Assembly (NCBI GenBank): GCA_963667845.2
Contig: CAXXVL010000001.1
Coordinates: forward strand, 224,001 to 288,000
Reading direction: 5' to 3'
From: Smithellaceae bacterium
GTDB lineage: Bacteria; Desulfobacterota; Syntrophia; Syntrophales; Smithellaceae
Length of the DNA: 64,000 nt
Of the stretch, positions 29,583-37,753 are shown piece after piece. The notes below the pieces were generated by a model. That model had not been told where the DNA came from. It did not search any database and was given only the letters and a program-made list of their open reading frames with translations. Position numbers and translations under genes: made by a program. Within the stretch, counting starts at the first letter, position 1; every line of letters begins with the position of its first letter.

Positions 29583-30710
29583 GTGGTAATGCCCATGAAA
29601 TATAGTAAATGGACCGTTTTATTTCTTATGATCGTTGCCATCGCGGGGATCACCGCTTTCATGCCTGTTGCAGCCTCGGCTGCAGATTTGTCTTCGGACA
29701 TCGAGGCGGTAAAAGCCGCCATTGACAAGGCGCGCATGGCCGGAGCAGACGTCAACGCGCAGGATGATTTGAGACAGGCAAAGTCCTGGTTGGACCAGGC
29801 GGAAAAGGAGTATACCAGGTCTCAATCGTTATGGTCCCGCGGCATCAAATTGGTCACGTCTGATGAAAAGAAGAAAAAGGAAATCCAGTATCTTGCAACA
29901 ATGGCTAGAATTCATGGTCAGATTGCCGAAGCAAAGTCGTTGACGTCGGCCGTTTCCAGCGAATTGACGGACATGCAAAAGCAACTGGCAGACTATCGGG
30001 AAACGCTGGATGTGTTGAAGAAAAAGTCGGCCGAAGCAGTGCAGGCCAGAAAGATTAAGGCTCAGGCCGAAACCCAGCAAAAAGAATTGGAACAGGAAAA
30101 GAAAAAAGCTGCCCTTTTGGAGTCCAAAAAAGCAAAGGAGTTAGAGGAGGCAAGAAGAAAAGTAGCTGAACTGGAAGCACTCAAACGGAAGGAACTGGAG
30201 GATGTCAGTTCGAAAGGACAGCTGCTTGCCTCACAAAGGGCAAAGGAAGAAGAGGAACTGAAAGTTTTGCAGCGAAAAATGGCTTTCCTGGAGAAAATTA
30301 AGGCTATGACGGCGGATGCCGCAAAAATTTCGGACGTTACCGTGATACCGGTTGACACGGGAGTATTGATTACTGCCGCTGTGGGCAACATTTTTTCGGC
30401 AAAGAACGACATCATTCCCCGAGGCAAATCCCTGTTGGACCAGGTGGCCGGTTATTTGGAAAAATATCCTGCGGGCGCAGTCACCATAAGCTGTTATACA
30501 GATAATGTCGGCAAAGCGGACAAAAATCGTCTTCTCACCGAAAAACGCGCTCAAAAAGTGAAAAACTACCTTGTGGATTTTCATAACATTGCAGCTGATC
30601 GAATTGCTGTCAAAGGCATGGGCTCAACTCAACCCGTTGCCGACAACAACACGGCAGCCGGTCGTTCCCTCAATCGCCGGGTAGAAATCGGCGTTACAGT
30701 GGAACAATAG
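29583..30710 (+). CDS. DUF4398/coiled-coil plus OmpA-like peptidoglycan-binding protein
   Basis: Signal peptide, long coiled coil, YTDNVG, RAQKVKNYL, PVADNNTAAGRSLNRRVEI. Confidence 0.88.
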   Translation: MVMPMKYSKWTVLFLMIVAIAGITAFMPVAASAADLSSDIEAVKAAIDKARMAGADVNAQDDLRQAKSWLDQAEKEYTRSQSLWSRGIKLVTSDEKKKKEIQYLATMARIHGQIAEAKSLTSAVSSELTDMQKQLADYRETLDVLKKKSAEAVQARKIKAQAETQQKELEQEKKKAALLESKKAKELEEARRKVAELEALKRKELEDVSSKGQLLASQRAKEEEELKVLQRKMAFLEKIKAMTADAAKISDVTVIPVDTGVLITAAVGNIFSAKNDIIPRGKSLLDQVAGYLEKYPAGAVTISCYTDNVGKADKNRLLTEKRAQKVKNYLVDFHNIAADRIAVKGMGSTQPVADNNTAAGRSLNRRVEIGVTVEQ

Positions 30711-30914
30711 AAATTTCTGCCAGAAATGAAAAATTAATTTTGGGTATTTTTTCGGGAAACCCTGGCCTCTTGCAGAAGACACTGAGGAGGCCAGGGGGAC
30801 AACCTTAAGCATCTAAGTATCTCAAACAATCCGCAGTTGGAACGGGGCATGCCGGATGCCCCGGTAAAGTTGCCGCCTTTTATCAGCCAGCATTCCAAGA
30901 CCCGCCCCGATCCG

Positions 30915-32138
30915 TCAATCTGTCGTTTTTGCAAGGTGCGTTTTTTTTATTGCAAGGGCAAACAGGATGGAAAGCATACTCATGACCGCCAGCATGACAA
31001 AGGCCAGACGATAGCTGGAAGTCGCATCAAATATTTTACCGGCGATAAAGGGTCCGAATGCGCCCAGCCCGATGATGAATATTGTAAATCCGAATATGGT
31101 GCCATGATATTTCAGACCGAAGAGTTCAGCAAGATATGGTGATTGTATGGCTGCAAATCCGCCATAACCGAAAGCAAAGATTACGGCAAAGATGTAAAGC
31201 ACCCAGAGGGTATCGGACAGTTGGATGATGATAAAAGATGCCAACATCAGCGAGCCAATCAAAATCGCAACCGGTTTATTGCCCAGGCGGTCGATAACGA
31301 CACCCAGCGATACTTTGCTGACAATGCTCACGGCGCCGATTACGGAAATAATCGTGGCAGCGGTTACTTCCGCTATTCCGACATCTGTGGCATGAGGAAC
31401 GATATGCACCAATATGGACTGCAAGCATGATCCCATCATGAGAAAAACCCCGCAGACCAGCCAGAATTGCGCGCTGAGGAGTGCCTGTTTGAAGGTAAAG
31501 TGCCCAGAGTGATGTTCGTGGTGCGCCGACATGCCCAGGGCCGATTGTCCGATTTCCGACGGGTCGCGTTTTAACATTTGTGCACCGGCAATGACCAGGA
31601 TCAGTACGGTGAGGCCGATAATGACATAGGAAGTGCGCCAGCCGAAACTTGATATGTAGAAGCTGGATAACGGGGGGCCAAGCATGACTCCGGCCCCAAC
31701 TCCGGCAGAAGTAATGCCGCTCATCATGCCTCTTCTCACAACAAACCATCTGGATATTGTTGAAAGCAGAGGAACCCAGGTGCCGGCGACGCCAATACTC
31801 GCGAAAACTCCAAAAATGATATAAATTTGCCACATCGCCTGCACCTGCGACATCACTATATAGCTGATGCCGAGAAGCGACCCGCAAATCGTCACGACCA
31901 ACCGAGGGCCGTATCTGTCGCAGAGCTTACCCGTGAAGATACATGCTACGGACTGGATGACCAGACCTATGGAATAGGCGCCGGAAAGTGCTGCTCTGGA
32001 GATTCCGAATTCATTCAGCATCGGCTTGAAGAAGACACCGAAGCTGTATTGTGCTCCCCAAACAATCATCAGGATCAGGAAACTGAACAATACGATGATG
32101 TATCCATAGAAGAGTCCAGGCTTGTTTATTTCAGAAAT
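30915..32138 (-). CDS. MFS transporter (OFA/monocarboxylate-like); probable ATT start
   Basis: GKLCDRYGPR, ISRWFVVRRG, AELFGLKYHGTIFG. The frame stays open upstream of TTG 32090 to ATT 32138, which follows RBS AAGGAG. Confidence 0.9.
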   Translation of the reverse strand: MSEINKPGLFYGYIIVLFSFLILMIVWGAQYSFGVFFKPMLNEFGISRAALSGAYSIGLVIQSVACIFTGKLCDRYGPRLVVTICGSLLGISYIVMSQVQAMWQIYIIFGVFASIGVAGTWVPLLSTISRWFVVRRGMMSGITSAGVGAGVMLGPPLSSFYISSFGWRTSYVIIGLTVLILVIAGAQMLKRDPSEIGQSALGMSAHHEHHSGHFTFKQALLSAQFWLVCGVFLMMGSCLQSILVHIVPHATDVGIAEVTAATIISVIGAVSIVSKVSLGVVIDRLGNKPVAILIGSLMLASFIIIQLSDTLWVLYIFAVIFAFGYGGFAAIQSPYLAELFGLKYHGTIFGFTIFIIGLGAFGPFIAGKIFDATSSYRLAFVMLAVMSMLSILFALAIKKTHLAKTTD

Positions 32139-32492
32139 TGCGAATCTCCTTTACCTTCCACTTAAGACAAGCCTTTCAAAATTGCATTCTTTCAGAAATA
32201 TCAAGTCCTAAAGTGATGATCGGTCAGCATTTATTTTTATGCTTAAGCGTAAGACAATCCGGCATCCAATGTCAATGAAATAATACTAAATAAACTAAAA
32301 GAACAAAGGGCTGCTGCTGACTTATTAACTTCTTCATTTAAAATACCTTAAAACACTTACCAGCTGCAGCGTTCCGGCAGATTGATATTTTTTTTAAACC
32401 GTCTTTTTTGTTTTCAGGGATAGGCCCGGACGCGCCGGGGTACATTCCGGTGTGGAGAGTGGGTGCCCTGAAACCGCAAGTATATTGTAAAT

Positions 32493-32522
32493 AAGAAGCC
32501 GGAAGCAGCTTTCCGGCTTCTT
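32493..32522. terminator. Hairpin, possible bidirectional terminator
   Basis: AAGAAGCCGGAA-N6-TTCCGGCTTCTT. Confidence 0.6.
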
Positions 32523-32719
32523 GCATCTCAATTCATGTACGGTTTGTTTTCAAATCAGTTCAGTACTCTTATTAACATTCCCTTTGATTTACTGAAACCC
32601 GACGTGATAGATTACAACCATACGTTAATGGCGAAGGAGGGCGCGGATACAGTGGCGTCCGGTTTAAAATATCCCGGAGTGAGCCGCTCATGCGGTTCTG
32701 GTCAAGTGCGGCGCGTAAC

Positions 32720-32821
32720 AATCAACCACCTCGCAGCAAGCTGTCGAGGCATGAAATGAACGTCATCACCTCGCAGCAAGCTGCGGAGAATTAACGCCCG
32801 TCCCGCGTGAGCGGGATTAAA
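32720..32821 (+). repeat. Best-conserved long copy of the CCTCGCAGCAAGCTG repeat family (PATE/MITE-like)
   Basis: Two internal CACCTCGCAGCAAGCTG hairpins plus a terminal TCCCGC-GTGA-GCGGGA hairpin. Confidence 0.9.
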
Positions 32822-32857
32822 GCGCAATCCATCTGGAAGCAAAAGGAGAAACACATC

Positions 32858-33730
32858 ATGCAGTGGAAGACAAAAATAACAGAATTACTTGGCTGTCGAT
32901 ATCCGATTTTGCAGGGGGCCATGGAAAGGATCGGAACATGGTCATTTGCCGCCAGTGTGGCCCAGGCGGGCGCCCACGGAACGATTACCGCGTCGATATC
33001 CAGGACCCCCGAAAAGCTGCGGGACGATATCAGAAGATGCAAAGACGCCACCAGCGGATCGTTCGGCGTGAATCTGAGCATCGGCATCTGTCCGCAAATA
33101 GACAAGATGTTGGAGGTCTGCATTGAAGAGAAGGTGCCGCTGGAGACATCCGTTTATAAACCCGATGCGTTGGCGCCGCGAATCAAGGAAGCGGGATTGC
33201 CATGGATTCACAAATCGGCCCGGGTCAAGGACGCCATCCATGCACAGGATTTGGGCGTGGATGCCATCATCCTGGTAGGATCAGAAGGGGCCGGAATTAA
33301 AAATCCCGAACAGTTGCCCACCATGACGACGATCCTCTGGGGGGTCCGAAAGCTCACCGTTCCCGTTATCGCCGCGGGGGGAATCGGGGACGCCCGCGGC
33401 CTGCTGGGGGCTCTTGCGCTTGGGGCCGAGGGGGTGACAATGGGCAGCGCCTTCATGACCACTGCCGAATGCCCGATCAGTGATAAATTCAAGGAAAGAA
33501 TGCTGGGACTCGGTCTGGATCAGCCCGAGTTCCGGAAACGCGTTCTGACGCCGGTGCCTTTTGACCGGAACGCCGCTCAGCGACCGGCCCCCGAGGATGT
33601 GGACTGGAGCGAAGCCGCATCATTTTCGGTGACGGGAATTGATCGCGTCGTCAGCGTGAAAGCGCTGATCCAGCGTATCACGGAGGATGCGGAAGAGCTG
33701 GTGAACGGATGGCAGTTTTTAAAGAAATGA
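32858..33730 (+). CDS. Nitronate monooxygenase/FabK-like FMN TIM-barrel protein
   Basis: TKITELLGCRYPILQGAM, PVIAAGGIGDARG, ALGAEGVTMGSAF. Confidence 0.9.
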   Translation: MQWKTKITELLGCRYPILQGAMERIGTWSFAASVAQAGAHGTITASISRTPEKLRDDIRRCKDATSGSFGVNLSIGICPQIDKMLEVCIEEKVPLETSVYKPDALAPRIKEAGLPWIHKSARVKDAIHAQDLGVDAIILVGSEGAGIKNPEQLPTMTTILWGVRKLTVPVIAAGGIGDARGLLGALALGAEGVTMGSAFMTTAECPISDKFKERMLGLGLDQPEFRKRVLTPVPFDRNAAQRPAPEDVDWSEAASFSVTGIDRVVSVKALIQRITEDAEELVNGWQFLKK

Positions 33731-33796
33731 TCTGAACATAAATACGGTCTGATCGCGGAATTAAAGAATTATGAAAGCAAAGGAGGGGAGGGCTTT

Positions 33797-34771
33797 ATGA
33801 GAAAGACATTGATTATTCTGGTTGTCGGTATTTCGCTTTTCCTTTCGCAATCGGTATCCGCGCAGTATGCGGGGCGCACCGAAGTGTATCCGCTGCAAAG
33901 CATGACGCTGTCCACCACCCAGTTTCTCACCGGCCAGACGAACGGTAAGCCGGTCACGATTGCCGGAGAGCTGCGCTTCCCGGTCGGCAAGCCCGGGACA
34001 AACTTTCCGGCTGTGATTCTCGTTCATGGATCGTCCGGCATCATCATGAATTACGACCGCTGGGCGCATGAACTTACTTCCATCGGTGTTGCAGTGTTTC
34101 TCCTCGATTCGTTCAGCGGCCGCGGCATTTCCAGCACGAGCACCGACCAGGGCCAGCTCGACCACCTGGCGATGCTCTATGACGCTTATCGAGCGCTCGA
34201 CCTGCTTGCCTCCCACCGGCAGATCGATCCGCAGCGAATAGGCATCCTCGGCTTTTCCAAAGGCGGCGTCGCCGGACTTTACGCAGCAGTGGACCGTTTC
34301 AACGCCTCCTACGGCAGCAAGAAAGCCCGCTTTGCCCTCTATATGGCTGTCTACCCGCCGTGCTACGAATATAAAGACGAATTGAAGGTGGATAAAAAGC
34401 CCATCATTGTCTTTCACGGAATCGCCGACGACTATGTCCCGATGGCGCCCTGCCTCGAATATATCAATCGTCTCCGGGCCGCTGGCTTTAACGCCAAATT
34501 GTATGGATACCCCGACGCCTATCACGGATTCGATTTTGAATTGCTGCCGGAAAAGTTATATTTGCCTACCGTGCAGCAGGCGGTAAAATGCAAGATCAAG
34601 GAAGGCGAAAACGGTGTACCGATCAATGTCGAAACAGGCAAGGCATTCAGCCTTCAGGATACCTGTTCAGGGCTTGGGGCAACGGTGGGCTATAACAAAG
34701 AGGCACATCTGAAAGCCATCGAGGATTTAAAGCGCGAAGTAAAGTCTGCCTTTAAGATTGGAGATAAATAG
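33797..34771 (+). CDS. Exported dienelactone hydrolase-family alpha/beta hydrolase
   Basis: VILVHGSSG, GFSKGG, HGIADDY, YPDAYHGFD. Confidence 0.9.
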   Translation: MRKTLIILVVGISLFLSQSVSAQYAGRTEVYPLQSMTLSTTQFLTGQTNGKPVTIAGELRFPVGKPGTNFPAVILVHGSSGIIMNYDRWAHELTSIGVAVFLLDSFSGRGISSTSTDQGQLDHLAMLYDAYRALDLLASHRQIDPQRIGILGFSKGGVAGLYAAVDRFNASYGSKKARFALYMAVYPPCYEYKDELKVDKKPIIVFHGIADDYVPMAPCLEYINRLRAAGFNAKLYGYPDAYHGFDFELLPEKLYLPTVQQAVKCKIKEGENGVPINVETGKAFSLQDTCSGLGATVGYNKEAHLKAIEDLKREVKSAFKIGDK

Positions 34772-34801
34772 GTACATTCAACTTGAGCGAGACAGATGGC
34801 G

Positions 34802-34897
34802 AACAGAGAGATATCCTAATAATGTTCCTGTCAAGAGAAAACCGCATTTTTAAAAATGCAATAATCTCGGTTAAGTAAAATTTACTCCTTCTTTAAA
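34802..34897. repeat. ~95-bp AT-rich segment duplicated at 37324-37419
   Basis: TGTTCCT(G/A)TCAAGAG...AAATGCAAT(A/G)ATCTCGGTTAAGTA shared; contains palindrome GCATTTTTAAAAATGC. Confidence 0.8.
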
Positions 34898-35275
34898 TGC
34901 ACATCCGCCTTTCGTCTGCGAAGCAGACGTGCTGGTTTAGTTCCCTGTTGCTCACCGTGGTTGGATTTTATCACCGTTTAAGCGGGATACTTCGCCTGGC
35001 AAATTTTGAGCGCGCTTTTGCTTTTGAAATTTGATTCTCATTAAATCTCATCGTTATCAGTATCCGGCATTTGCCGCTGGAGAACAGAGATTTTCCGGTG
35101 AAACATCGCATGGCATGAAAAAACAGTAATCTGAGGTCAGGTAACTGTCACATAACAAATAAATTAAGAATCAGGTCTGGAATAATTACGGATTTTAAGG
35201 TAAGGTAAATATACGACTGCACTTGTATTAAGCTAGAAATTACCGTGTTTATCTGTGTCCATAAGGAATATTGTC

Positions 35276-35695
35276 ATGGATGTATCCAGATATGAAGTAA
35301 ATCGGCAATTAAGAATGTTATTAAATAAATATGGTATCGACCTTGCCACAGTCGACTACTCTTGTATTGGGAGTACAGTATATCTCTCCGGCGAACTGCT
35401 CAAAACTGACGGAGATGAAATTACTCCGGCTGTAATTGAAAGCCTGTTTAAGGAAATTGCCCGGATATCGGGTGTGCGGTACGTGGAGCCCGATTTACAG
35501 AACTGGAACATCAGTGCTGATGAGTATTCATGGCAAATCACAAAGAGCAAAAAGAAATCGCGCGAAATAAGCATTCCAGTCACCAAGTACGGCGGTACTG
35601 CCGAGGAGGCTAAGGATGTCTACATTGAGACTAGCGAGCAGATTGAAGATGTTCTGAAAGATATACAAGAAAACCTCGAGCAGAAAGACCGGTGA
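35276..35695 (+). CDS. Hypothetical protein, BON-like pattern
   Basis: TVYLSGEL...IARISGVRYVEPDL resembles a BON domain; no signal peptide. Confidence 0.65.
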   Translation: MDVSRYEVNRQLRMLLNKYGIDLATVDYSCIGSTVYLSGELLKTDGDEITPAVIESLFKEIARISGVRYVEPDLQNWNISADEYSWQITKSKKKSREISIPVTKYGGTAEEAKDVYIETSEQIEDVLKDIQENLEQKDR

Positions 35696-35869
35696 ATTGC
35701 AGTTCAAGATGGACCACGTTTAGCCAAAAAAAGACGTTATGGTGTGCCTGGTAGCTGAGGCACCTGCAAGTTGAATGTACCCGGGGCCTAAGGCGGTCTT
35801 TCCGTCTTCCCGAACTTTAAAAAGTTACGCATCCTGCGCTGAAAATTCTTGAATAATTGTCAAACCGAT

Positions 35870-35903
35870 GTTACAAGCAACGCACAAGTGCGTTACTTGT
35901 AAC
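35870..35903. promoter_or_regulatory. 34-bp near-perfect palindrome, putative operator
   Basis: GTTACAAGCAACGCAC-AA-GTGCGTTACTTGTAAC (1 mismatch), 11 bp before ATG 35915. Confidence 0.7.
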
Positions 35904-35914
35904 GGGTGAATAAC

Positions 35915-36397
35915 ATGAAAAAACAATCAGATAGGATAAAAGACTGGCGTGAGAGGCAAAAAGCTGAAGGGAAGAGCTCCATTACCGTTCTTCTTTCTCA
36001 GGAAGCTCGATCATTCCTCACCGAGGAGAAGGAAAAAACCGGGGAAAGTTATGCCGTCATAGTCGAAAAAGCGCTGCAAACTCTAAAAAAACATGGCTAC
36101 AGGCGGCCCGCCTTGAAGTATTTTCCCAACCGGGAGGAGACCCCGGAGAGAATATCCCCAAGGGATCATCAACCATCTGTCATCCCCAAAATAAGTCAAG
36201 AAAGCGGAGCGCAATCGAAGATCCTGATCGATGATCTTGCAAACTATCCAAGGATCGAGGACATCAAGCGCGAACAGGCTGAGAAAAGGAAGAACGGTCT
36301 TCAGGATTTGAACTTCAACGAAGGACTGTTTGCCCGGTTGCTTCGCTCCTCGGCAGGCATCATCGGCATCCGCCCTGATCGAAAAAGATTCAAATAG
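35915..36397 (+). CDS. Hypothetical protein with N-terminal ribbon-helix-helix-like DNA-binding region
   Basis: RIKDWRERQKAEGKSSITVLLSQEARSFL...TGESYAVIVEKAL. Confidence 0.65.
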   Translation: MKKQSDRIKDWRERQKAEGKSSITVLLSQEARSFLTEEKEKTGESYAVIVEKALQTLKKHGYRRPALKYFPNREETPERISPRDHQPSVIPKISQESGAQSKILIDDLANYPRIEDIKREQAEKRKNGLQDLNFNEGLFARLLRSSAGIIGIRPDRKRFK

Positions 36398-36455
36398 CCA
36401 CTGCGCTATGGCCAGGCATCTGCGAATAAGTTACCGTCCCGGTTATGTTCCGCTC

Positions 36456-36562
36456 GTTCAATCATTTCGATTGAACTGTTAATGCCATGGGGCAACGGAA
36501 AAACCCGGAATGCCGCAAAACCGGTTGGTGCAATTGCTGAACCGGCCGCAATCGGCGATTAC
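36456..36562 (+). repeat. ~107-bp element duplicated at 46758-46864
   Basis: GTTCAATCATTT...TTGAACTGTTAATGCCAT.GGGCAACGGAAAAAC.CGGAATGCCGCAAA.CCGGTTGG...CAATCGGCGATTA. Confidence 0.9.
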
Positions 36563-36647
36563 CCATGCCTGCCTGCGGGGGATAGTGAATTGATAATTTG
36601 AAGTCCCTTTGTCCTTTCAAACCGGCTGTATGCACTCTTGAATGATA

Positions 36648-37129
36648 TTACAACTCGGCATCCCATGGCGATAAAACCTTGCGAAATGCGACATTCTGAA
36701 CCAAATCCAAATGATCAGAATATAAATGTTTTTCTGAGTAAGTCATCATAATCATCAAAGACGGCTGAATGATGATCGTCCTGACATTATGCATAAGTGC
36801 AAAATTCTTATACGGATTGGGGTTTCGCCCAGATATTTTTCCCAAAAAATTTTATTTTCATTTAATTGAGGATGCCCCGAAGCAGTTGCCATACCTTGTA
36901 TCTGAAGATTGTCGATGCAAAGAGATACAAGCGAATTCTTTTTTATATGTTCCATTTTTACCGTATTTTCCCATGTGACAAAGCCAATTGCTAATTCGAT
37001 ATTAGCATAATCTACGACTCGCACCCTGACCTGGTCATTGAACGCCGTAGCAACGGAAATATATTTATTTTTGTCCAAAATTTTCAGACAACGGTCCTTG
37101 AGCTTTATAAAATCCAATGCCTCTTTCAT
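36648..37129 (-). pseudogene. Pyridoxamine 5'-phosphate oxidase-like FMN-binding protein, frameshifted near 36830
   Basis: N-terminal ISVATAFNDQVRVRVV...KMEHIKKNSLVSLC...GHP is in one frame; a plausible C-terminus RNPNPYKNF...IIIQPSL...DHLDL is in the adjacent frame. Confidence 0.7.
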
Positions 37130-37173
37130 AAACTTTCACCTTTCTCCCGATCTAAGATATAAAGCCTGCGAAT

Positions 37174-37275
37174 AATCAACAACCTCGCAGCAAGCTGTCG
37201 ATGTATGAAATGAACGTCATTATATCGCAGCAAGTTACGGAGAATTAACGCTCGTCCCGCGTGAGCGGGATTAAA
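37174..37275 (+). repeat. Long copy of the CCTCGCAGCAAGCTG repeat family
   Basis: Colinear with 32720-32821. Confidence 0.9.
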
Positions 37276-37323
37276 TGCTTCAGGTTGAAGTCTATCTGAA
37301 GCATTTTGCCTCGTCAATAATCA

Positions 37324-37419
37324 AACAAAGGGACATCTTATATTGTTCCTATCAAGAGGAGAACTGCATCTTTATAAATGCAATGATCTCGGTTAAGTAG
37401 AAGTCACTTCTTTTTCAAA
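37324..37419. repeat. Second copy of the 34802-34897 segment
   Basis: Manual alignment. Confidence 0.8.
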
Positions 37420-37753
37420 AGTGTTCCTCTTTATAACCCCTCCACGATTTGGGTATTTTCGTTGTTCTGCATGCCCGGCATATCGATACTTATTGAAAAA
37501 GTGTTTAACATTTACTCCCCGGCGGAGTAAAATCCGAACCATGATGTTTCTATTGCACAAGCGGGATCTTCTTACATGAAGGAACAAGCGAATCGGTGAA
37601 CGTGCCTCGGTGGGCGTCAGCGCTGTTCTGATCCGATGCTGAAAAGGGAACACCAGTGAAAACAGGATTGGCTCCCGGGAGGCGGTGGAGTTCCGGACTT
37701 GGCGCACATCCAGGTCCCGGAGACGGGTTTGACTATCTGAGACGGAGCGCTTA

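Noticed and set aside
4769..37275. CCTCGCAGCAAGCTG repeats as a CRISPR array
   Set aside because: The copies are dispersed, the internal spacer is conserved rather than unique, and there are no cas genes.
37635..37700. AAAAGGGAACACCAGTGAAAA resembling a cobalamin riboswitch core
   Set aside because: No GCCCCCGC/ACTGT B12-box elements or supporting stems are visible, and the downstream gene (cls) is unrelated.
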